Assembly (NCBI GenBank): GCA_905178155.1
Contig: CAJINV010000002.1
Location: 6,242,476 to 6,306,475, forward strand
Length of the DNA: 64,000 bases
Direction: 5' to 3'
From: Amoebophrya sp. A120
Taxonomy: Eukaryota > Protista > Dinoflagellata
Position numbers and translations under genes: made by a program. This document shows, piece by piece, positions 55,291 through 64,000 of this stretch. The notes below the pieces were generated by a model. The model was not told where the DNA came from, made no database searches, and saw only the letters and a program-made list of their open reading frames with translations. Each line of letters starts with the position of its first letter. Position 1 is the first letter of the stretch.

Positions 55291-56686
55291 CCTAGAGTGT
55301 TGGGGTGAACTGTTTTATTGTACGTTGCCAAGTCTGATTCTCATTTTGATTTTCTCTGCATGTGTCATCAAAAAACTCAATGCAAACCAGCTACAAGTTG
55401 TGGCACTCACGCTACACACTGCAGCTAAACATCGGTACAGCTCCGTCCCTGTTCTTCCCGACATTTCGGTCACCAAAATTTTTGCAGCTACTCCTGCGAC
55501 TGTGCCGATGTGCGGAAGACTTCCTTAGCGCGGCTCCCGTTACACTTCTTGACTTCGCGATGGGAACCGCAGTCACGCAGGCTAAGCGAATTTTTGAAAC
55601 AAACTGCACCAGTTCCAGTTTCAGGGGGTACAGCGGCGAGGGCGAACTAGTAGAGACACTCTTCCTTATTATCGACCTTCTCGCACAGTAGAATCAGCAG
55701 AAGCTTATTGTTTGAGTCTAAGTGTCTAACGAACTGAAACTCGTCAGGAAAGGTTGTCAACGTCGGCAGTGGGTGGGAATACGCTCACGCACCTATTTTC
55801 TGCAGGTCCAGCTACACGCAAAATCATCAACTGACGTGCTGCCTTTTTGAGAACATGAAAGACACGACTCTCCCACCCATTTCTAAATTTTGGTCGATCG
55901 CTCGGCCTAGACGCGACCATTTGCGCAACAAAATCTCTCGTGTGACTGCCTCGTTGAAAAACTCAAGAGAATAGAAAGAGAAACACAAAAAACCGACAGA
56001 TTTGTACGCAAGAACGACTTCAGTGAGGGGGAAACGGACTAGGCGGCAGCAGCACTTTTGAGAGTCGAAAAAAAATAAAAACTCGTTCAACCGAACAAAA
56101 TATGAGTGTGGCACTTTGTAGACAAAAGTCCTTTTTTCATGAAACGCATTCACGCCTTGGTCTGTGATCTTTCTATACATTTTCCGGAGGTGCTATACTT
56201 TTTGAGGTGTTTTTGCACAAAGAAATGAGTCTCTTCTTGTTCCAATCATCTAGCAGCTGCAGCTGTCACGACGATGACAATTCGATCACGCTATCGCAGC
56301 ACAGCTCGCTTCAACGACGACGACGAGTTAGAATTTCATGATCATACAATCGCGATTCGCGCCGGGGCCGGCATCTTCGCTGAAGCAAATAAATAAGCGC
56401 TAGCGTGTCTCGTTTTTAGAAATAATGTACTTCAACATCCTCCTGCTGTTGTTGCAAACAAGTGAAACCTATTCTACTATTGTTCATTGCGAATAACTCG
56501 AAAAAGAAGATCTGTGGGTGATTTGACATTTCTTTTTGGGTGGCAGAATGTAGTCCTGCAAGACATTTAATATTTGGAGCTACCTACAACAGGCTACATT
56601 ATTAAAACGGAATCCATAATTGTGACCACGAACGCAGAAGAACTCCTCCACCTTCTTGCGGCCTTATTCTCCAAAAACAACCTTTT

Positions 56687-59600
56687 CTACCTCCTCCTCG
56701 GCGACCCGCCGATGCCGCCTGGCATCCCCCCGCTTGCGGCCCCCGCCCCGCCGCCCACGATGGAGGCCCCGGCACCCTGCAAGGAGCTGGAGGTGGTGTG
56801 CAACATGCCTTCTTTCTCCATTTCCGCCCGGACCGTCACGGCCGTGGGCTTTTTGGACGGGGAGTAGGTGCACATGAACTTGCCGCCGAGCGTCGCGCTG
56901 GCCTTTTTCACCAACTGTTTTTCGAAGGGCGCATTTTGGTTGTACAGCGAGTAGGTGGCGGGTTTCTGGTACCGCGTCCGCGTGCCCGGGTCCCTCTCCT
57001 CGATCTTCTGGTTCAGCGCGTAGTACGTTTCGCCGTTTCGCAACTGGTCCTTGGTCGGCAAATCGATCGTTTCCACCTTTACCGGCGCCGGGTCGCGCTT
57101 CCGCATCGTGTCCAGGAGGTCCTGCACGTCAAAGGGGAGCTTCAACCGCGCCCGTTCGTGCAAGTCCTTGTCGATCTTCTCCAGCTGCGCGTTCGTATCC
57201 GGCATCAGAAGCCCGGTGGCGGTCCGAAAGCCCTCCTTCTCCTGGCCGGCCTTCGAGGGACTCTGCATCTGCTTCAGCTTCTCGGGAGACTGGTTTTTGC
57301 TGTCCGCAACATTCTTTTCCAACCGCTCCATACGCTCGATTTCGGCGAGCCGCGGATCGCCCACCATGAACACGCGGACCTGTTGTGTCGTGAAGATCGT
57401 CCGCAATTGCATACAGTACATCGTCTCTGGCGACGAGGTAGGGGAAATCGAAATTATTCTAAGACAAAAAGATTAGATACGTCTTTGACTGACAACCAAA
57501 ATTTCGTTCTTTCGCAAATGAACGCAAAAGCAACACATACCGGCTCGGTCTGCGTTTCCGCATCCACTCCGGGGCCTCTTGGCACGATGCTGCGCTCCGC
57601 CGTGCCGTCGGTTGGGGGTCTCTCATCGGTGATTTGGTCGATTTGTACTTGCTCTAGCTGATCCTTAGAAAGGTCGTGGGCGAGATTTGTGTCCTGCGGC
57701 TCGCTACTCATCTCGTTTCCGGAAAATTGCTCCATGATCTACAGCAATGCGTTTGTTGTGAATTTTCTGACATTGTTTTGGTCTTGGCTGCATGCCTATT
57801 GGCTAATAAATTATGTATTTCTCACAGTCAGCACAGAATTCTTTAATACACGACGATAGCACGCTCCTAAATTGCTCGAAAGCTGGACAGCTACATTTCT
57901 TCAAATCCGTACCTTTTTCTCCCCGCTCCCGTCGTCCAAATAGATAATCTTATCCTCCGTCGTGGCCGACACGCGGGCGTTGACGAGGAACAAATTTACC
58001 GGGCTGGCCATCAAATTGCTGTGCTGCTCGTACACATCGTTTTGGATCTGGTCCCAGACCTGCTCCTTTACCCGTTCTGTTACCTTCAATATCACCGACA
58101 ACGGCTCAATCGCGAACCCCATGCACACCACTTCGTGGAGCTGCACAAAGTCACTGCAGATCTGGTTGAACACCCGCTGGAACCTTCGCTTCAACACGTT
58201 CGCCGGACCCAGTTTGATGGCCGTGAGATCTGAAGTCGGCATGGTGATGCGGAGGAAGGCCCAATTGGAGGTCGGCATCGGAGGAAAGGAGTACTGGTGT
58301 TTGAGTGTGTGGGGGTGGGTGATTAAAGAACGATTTGTTTTTGAACAAACGAAAAATCTGCATACACGGGAGGTGCAGCTGCGACCCTTGCAAGTGTAGT
58401 GGTCGAAAGAAATCACTAGCAGCGAGAAAACCAGCAACCATTACCAAATGTACATCGTCAAGTTCGACAAGATTCTTACCCCATCTGCCATGTCGTCCAT
58501 CAGGGCCAGAGTGTGTGTGTAGTCCGGCTTTTTCTCCTCCTGCACGGCGAATTTCCTGGGGTCCACGCCCTTCGCCCCGACACTGGCCCCGAACGGGTCC
58601 TGTGCCCGTCGCACCTCGCCCTCGAGCCCCGCGTCCGCGAGTTCCAAATTCTGGTAGCCGTTGGGCATCCCCGCGGTTTTTTCCGCCGCGGTCAGCTCCG
58701 CGGCCGGCAAAACGATGGGTTTTGGCACCAAGTGCTGCAACTCCGGGATCTGGGCCCGGGTTTCGTGCACCCACTTCTCCAGCGCCGGGGCCTGCTTCCC
58801 GAGGCCCGACAAAAGCGTGTTCAGGTGCTCCGCGGCCTCGAAGATTTCCCCCGTGGTCAGGTGCCGCTCCTCCTGCTGCAACAACGCGTCCCGGTGCTTC
58901 TCCGCGCAGGGGTAGAACCAGTCTTGAAAGGTGCGCGGGGACAGCAACTCCCCGCCAAACGCGAGGATCGCGGGGTCCCCGTCGCCCAGAATGCTCATCC
59001 AATTGCGCAAGTCCTCTTTTCCGTTAGCGATTTCCAGGAGGCGCCGGTCGTCGAACGACTTCAGGACGGATTTCACCTGATAAATTTTTCACACAAAAAA
59101 GCTCTCTCTTCAAGATTGATGCCAGCAAGGTCAAGCTCATTTCAGCACCAAAGGACGACAATTCGAATTCCTCAAAATCTACGTAACATGTTGACCAAGA
59201 ACCCATCCCGTAGCCAAACAAGTACCTGTGGCGCCTTGCCCTTGGCGTGGAAGATGTCGTCGATGGCGGAGAGCCGTTTTCTCGCCAAATTCGAGAAATC
59301 GTTGACGTGCTTTGCGTACAGTTTCGACATTTCGTGGCGGAATTCCAGCACAAATTCGTTGTCGTTCCCTAACTCCTCGGCGTAATTCACGCTTTGCGGC
59401 CGGTACTTGGACACCGGCCCGGAAAAGGGCTTCTCCCACTGGTTGGTGATTTCGTACTCCTTCCGCTTGAACAAATTATATCGCGCCCGGTGCAGCTTCT
59501 CGATCAGGTCATCGTAGTGCTCGTCCGACACGCGGTTGATCCGGAAGTTCGCAAACACCTGCTGCTCGCACTTGACAATGTCCGGAATGGTGTCGTTGTT

Positions 59601-62600
59601 CTTCTTCAGAAGATTGCTCAAGTCGGCGTAAATAGCATCCATCTGCTCCGTCAGCAGCGCTTCCAACTGTCCGAAGCACTCGTGGTAGCTGCTGTTGCTG
59701 TACTGCCTTTCCAGTTCCGGGTCCTTGAAATAGATCCGCGCCACGTAGTCGATCACCTGCCGAATGCGGTGGTGCTCGTACTTTTCGAACAGGTCCCGCC
59801 CGTCGTAAAAGTTATTTTCGCCCTCCACGGGGTACCCGGTTACGTAGTGCCCCATCCCCACGACGAACGGGTTCTGGTCGTTGGTCTTCCAGGCCTTGTG
59901 GTGCTCGTTCGGCGTCTCGATGTGCCGCAGGTCGCCGGACTGCAGATCCTGGTCCGTCGGAAATTCGTTGCTCTGTTCCACGATCTGGTCTGTGTCATTG
60001 CGCTATGGCACGGAAATAAAACACCGCTTCACTGCAGAATGCCAAGTGTAACAAAGTAAGTACTTGGATGCAACTGCACCAAACTCTTGATAGTCGTGAA
60101 GTTCGTGTGCAAGTAAGAAGAATCATGATATGCCAAGGAACCTACTACTTTCAGGAGCTACTACGTATTTCTTCCTCACCTGCATCTGTAGGAACGCACG
60201 TACTTATATTAGAGTGCTTCTTGTTCGCCATGCGGAGCAAGGAACTCTCCGATCCAGACAACTAGCGCAGTTGCAGCCAAATTAGCACAGTGAAGATTGT
60301 TCGTTGTGTCTATCCGATATGTGCAGCGCGAGAGTCAGCAGCTGCGTGTCTCCGGACACGGCGGCGGCTCCGAGCTCAGGCCGCACGTCACCTGCAGTTG
60401 AAAAGTGGGAAATATTGAACCTTTGACTATGTCAATCATACCTGAGACCAACGTAAGTGACTCAAGCATGTGGCAAAAAACGTGATTTCCCGACGAGGAC
60501 ATCAAAAGTGCATTCTGCCAAGCTGCAAGAATACCGTAATTCGTGCTCCCTGGCGAAAATGGCTGTTGAATGGCTCTCGGGCTGCCACCGAAGTCCGTGG
60601 CGCCCTTCAAAAACGCCTCTCTTCGTCGGCCCGGGTCGTGCCTCGCCGCCTCCTCGTCGGAGTCCTCTGCTGTATCCCTTGCAAACAAGTAGTTCTTTTG
60701 CTGTCGGCTATGCACAAAGGACCGACTGTATATCATTTTCCCAAAAGTATTATATTGCTGCCATCTACAACAAGGTACTATGAATAGAGGTTTCTTATCC
60801 TGCAGTCATGTAGCGACAAGAGAAGATGAACTCCATTGTACTACCAGGGATAAGCGTATGACTTCATTAGTTCCGACACTGCCAAAGCGTCTTCTTTAAA
60901 CTGCCGGTCGTGTTGGCCCAAGTCTGCGAGCGTATGAGGGAGGAAAAGGTCCTGCTCAGTAGTAACATGCACAGACTTGTTGTCTACAACAACGGGGCCA
61001 AAAGAATCATGACGCCCAGCGATTACATTTTTAAACAGGACAGCACTCCATGCAGTGCATTCCCCTCTGTGTGTCTCTCAATCGTCCCATCCGAGTAATT
61101 CTGCCTCTGCGGCTGTTCTTTCATGACAAATAAACATCTGAATGTTAGTGTCAGACCATTTTCCGCATGATAAAGCTTTCTCGCAGCTAATTGCCGCTGC
61201 TTGATGTCTTCGTCCCGCGATTGCTGTGGCGCTGTGCCCCCTTCAGCGGCCTCGGCCGGTATCAACGCGATCGCGCCGTCCTCGCCCTGTTGCTGCTGTT
61301 CTAGCTGCTTCGCGTGAAACGAAGACAAGTCGATTACGGGCGGGTTTTCCTCGGTCGCGTCCACATTCATCATTTGGATGGGCCCCGAGTCTTCCGGATT
61401 CGGAACGAACGAGGTTGAGCCGGATCCGGTGGCCCCACCGGCTCCTGTACTGCCGTGCGCCCCATCATTCTCTTCCCCGAGCACGGGCTCCGCGCGGTCC
61501 GCTTCCAGGGGCGCCTGTGGTGCGGAGGAGCCGGTAGCGGGCTCATCTCCTCCCCCCGCTGTACTCGCTGCGGCCGCCTCGGGTGCTTGTTCTGCTTTTG
61601 CGGCATCGGGGGCGGCGCCTTCTCCGGGGGTCGTTGTCAATCCTAGTCCGCCTTCGACGCTCGTCGCGGACACCGCCGGCGCTGCCTCGTCGGAACCCGC
61701 GGGTGGTGATAGTTGTTGGTGACCGTCCTCGTCTACCCCGGTTGATGTAAGGAAAACCGCGCCGGCGAGGCCAACCTCGTCCCCCTTGGCCGGCTCTTTG
61801 TCGTTGGACGCGTTCTGCGGTGGCCGCGAGCTGGCGCTGTTCTCCTCGTTCTCGGGGAAGTACTCCTGCGTTTGGCCCCCGGCAGACGTGGACGATCGCG
61901 GGTACACCGTGGTCGCGCCGTCGTCCTCCGATCGGGAGGAGGACGCGGCGCGGTTCCCCGGCTGCGCAGCCTCCTCCCTATCCAGTGCAAAAGCATCGTA
62001 CTAGTATAAATTGCATTACAAATACAAATTAGCCCAGCATTACAAATTGAATTTGTAATGCTGATTCACCTTGACAAAGAAATTTGTAATGCATGAATGC
62101 AATTACTACGAATACGATACTTTTGCACAGGATACTCCCCGCCCTCCACCGACAACTCCGGCTGCGCCTCCGCGATGGTCACCTGTTGCGACGTACCGGC
62201 AGACTGTTGTCTTACCAAATCTTCTATCAAATGCAAATATGTCTGGCTCTGGAAACTTGTAATGCTGAGCTGGCAATAGTGAATTCTCTGTAATGCACAG
62301 CCAGGCATGAGAAATAAGTATTTGCGTTGCTTAGTATTGCCTATTGCGCTTTCCGCATGACAAACTGCGCTTTGCATGACAAGCAAAAGAGTCTCTTCTT
62401 GGACGCGCATCACAAAATCTTCAGTCATGCCAGACAAGCATGACAAATCTTGCAATCTTCCAGACCCAGACATATTTGCAATTCATATCTTCGTCGGGGT
62501 GGGCGGCGCCGTCGTCTGGCGGCACGAACGAGCTGCTGCTCCCGCCGATTTGTTCGCTCCCGTGGATTATGCATTGTAAGTATGCCTGGACCCACCTCTG

Positions 62601-64000
62601 TGCTGTGATGAGCTAAGTGACCCTTGATCACAACAAGCGCACTCTTCCAGCACTGCACCTAGACATACTTACACTTGATATGGATCGTCGCGAACGCATC
62701 CATTTGCCGCTTCTGCTCGTCCTCGTCAACAGGTGTGACCTGTTCTATGCCTTGCAAAAATTATGTCTGAGTCGGGAAGCCTGCTGCAAACTTGTTATGC
62801 AGCGCAGTGTCGATCTTGCAAAAATCTGTCAGGTTTATTCGGTAAAAGCAGTAGTTGACCTCCACTCCTTATTACTACAAGATGGGGGTACCACATTAAG
62901 CACTCTCACATGCGGGAAAGGCATTGAGACACCGTCTTAAAAATCTGTGCTTTCTCATGCATTTTTATATATAATTTTGTTAGTTTAGGTTTTAGTTTGC
63001 TATGCTTATTGTTGTACTTCTCTTAAAAATCTGTGATGCTCGTCGAGTTTGCATACCAGAGAGGACTCTATCGCGCACAAAAACAGCGTAGAAAACATCT
63101 GTATTCATCTTCCAGGGACCCAGACACAATAGTTGCAATTAATACGTTCCCCGCCATCTTCTATTACCTGCTTGGCCACCACTCTCTCTCGCTGCTGGCG
63201 CGAGCTCTGCCGCGCCGCCTGCAACTCCGAATCCGCATTCGCAAGTTCTTGCTTGGTCGAGCGTTTCGGGTTGGCCCGCTGCTTGTACACTCGCAGTGTG
63301 TGGAGATGAAAAAAACCTGCATACTGTTCTGAATCCTGTAGCCGAAACTGGTGCAGAAGTTCCGCCTTTTTGATAGGATGTGAATGAAAATTCAAGTTGC
63401 GACAGTACCACCACAACGCAACCCACTCTTTAGTGTACTACATACGAGTTCCAAAGAAAGGTCGTGTTGAGAGTGACTATCTACTACTTGTGGCGCAAGC
63501 GTGATGCTTAATTCCGACATTTTTACCCTGCTAAGTCTGTCATTCCAGGAGGCAACAACGGAACGACCTACATACATCGCGATTCAATCTGAATGCCGGC
63601 TCAACATCCCGTCCATACCGATCCGGATCGGAGTAGTAGCGGTCGTAAAAGGCTTCCTTGTCGCGAAAGTAGTACATCGCCAAGTCGTAGGCCTCGGCAA
63701 TCACGGTGGCCTGTTTCTCCTGCAGCATCTGCAACCCGCGGGAGCCGATCGCCTTCTCCTCGTAGTAGGGGACGAGGTCGTCCATCAGCGACAGCGACAA
63801 GTTTCGCTCCTTCACGCAGACGATGCCGGCGAGGCAGATCGCCTCCTTGTTGAAATCTATGAACTCGGTGCCCTCGGACCGCTGTCGTCGGACCAGGTAC
63901 AACGCCAGCCCCCACTCGGAATTCGGCGGGGTTTCCAGGTCCTCCAGATTCAAATGCCCAAAATTCTTCAGAAACACCGCCCTGATGAGAAGAAATGTTT
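56687..64000 (-). CDS. Very large multi-exon hypothetical protein, 5'-truncated by the window edge
   Basis: GC-rich exons (63540-63977, 63145-63330, 62135-62745 in pieces, 61023-61978, 59172-59981, 58441-59076, 57901-58290, 57454-57735, 56687-57421) can mostly be joined in frame through GT-AG introns and four introners. Junctions at about 60.0-61.1 kb and 58.3-58.4 kb are unresolved. No family recognised. Confidence 0.6.
61979..62134. mobile_element. Introner copy G (156 bp), third TIR subfamily, TSD CTCCC
   Basis: TIR tatccagtgcaaaagcatcgta / tacgatacttttgcacaggata. The interior is two GCATTACAAAT plus two ATTTGTAATGC. Excision gives SVEGGEEAAQPG. Confidence 0.9.
62225..62487. mobile_element. 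Introner copy H (263 bp), TSD TCTTC
   Basis: Same TIR as copy A, interior similar to copy D. Excision gives AAHPDEDLVRQQ. Confidence 0.92.
62568..62680. mobile_element. Introner copy I (113 bp, internally deleted), TSD TGGAT
   Basis: Termini tatgcattgtaagtatgcctgg / ctagacatacttacacttgata. Excision gives FATIHGSEQIGG. Confidence 0.85.
62746..63144. mobile_element. Introner copy J (399 bp, degenerate), TSD TGTTC/CGTTC
   Basis: Degenerate A-type TIRs (tatgccttgcaaaaattatgtctgagtcgggaa / ttccagggacccagacacaatagttgcaattaata). Excision gives IEDGGEQVTPVDED. Confidence 0.75.

Noticed and set aside
23515-62473. Recurring short peptides KCKNVWVWK / FQTQTFLHL / LPDPDIF in the ORF track
   Set aside because: They are translations of the introner TIR in different frames, not a protein repeat or a transposase.

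Overview
Eukaryotic, intron-containing, gene-dense DNA in which all 14 recognisable host genes lie on the minus strand. Gene content and intron style point to a myzozoan alveolate, most likely a syndinian dinoflagellate such as Amoebophrya; this is an inference, not a database result. Host genes in order: an FG-repeat nucleoporin, a hypothetical protein, a mitochondrion-targeted AP2-domain protein, a TMEM163-like membrane protein, IFT74, a DNAJC17/Cwc23-like J protein, a palmitoyl-protein thioesterase, a tandem array of six highly diverged paralogues of an unrecognised large protein (25.5-55.3 kb), and one very large multi-exon gene running off the right edge. Three features stand out. (1) A family of non-autonomous TAT...ATA inverted-repeat elements with 5-bp target-site duplications (TSDs) sits inside coding exons. 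There are 10 clear and about 3 decayed copies, in both orientations. They must be removed together with one TSD copy as non-GT-AG introns, and they share an internal TTGTCATGC/GCATGACAA motif array. (2) An intact, very young Ty1/copia element lies in an IFT74 intron. Its gag and pol are in frame and separated only by a UGA-CUAG readthrough signal, and it has a shortened integrase zinc finger and a transmembrane-like segment between IN and RT. (3) A structured ~180-nt non-coding element is conserved downstream of two otherwise very diverged paralogues. Exon boundaries were inferred by eye and need RNA-seq confirmation.
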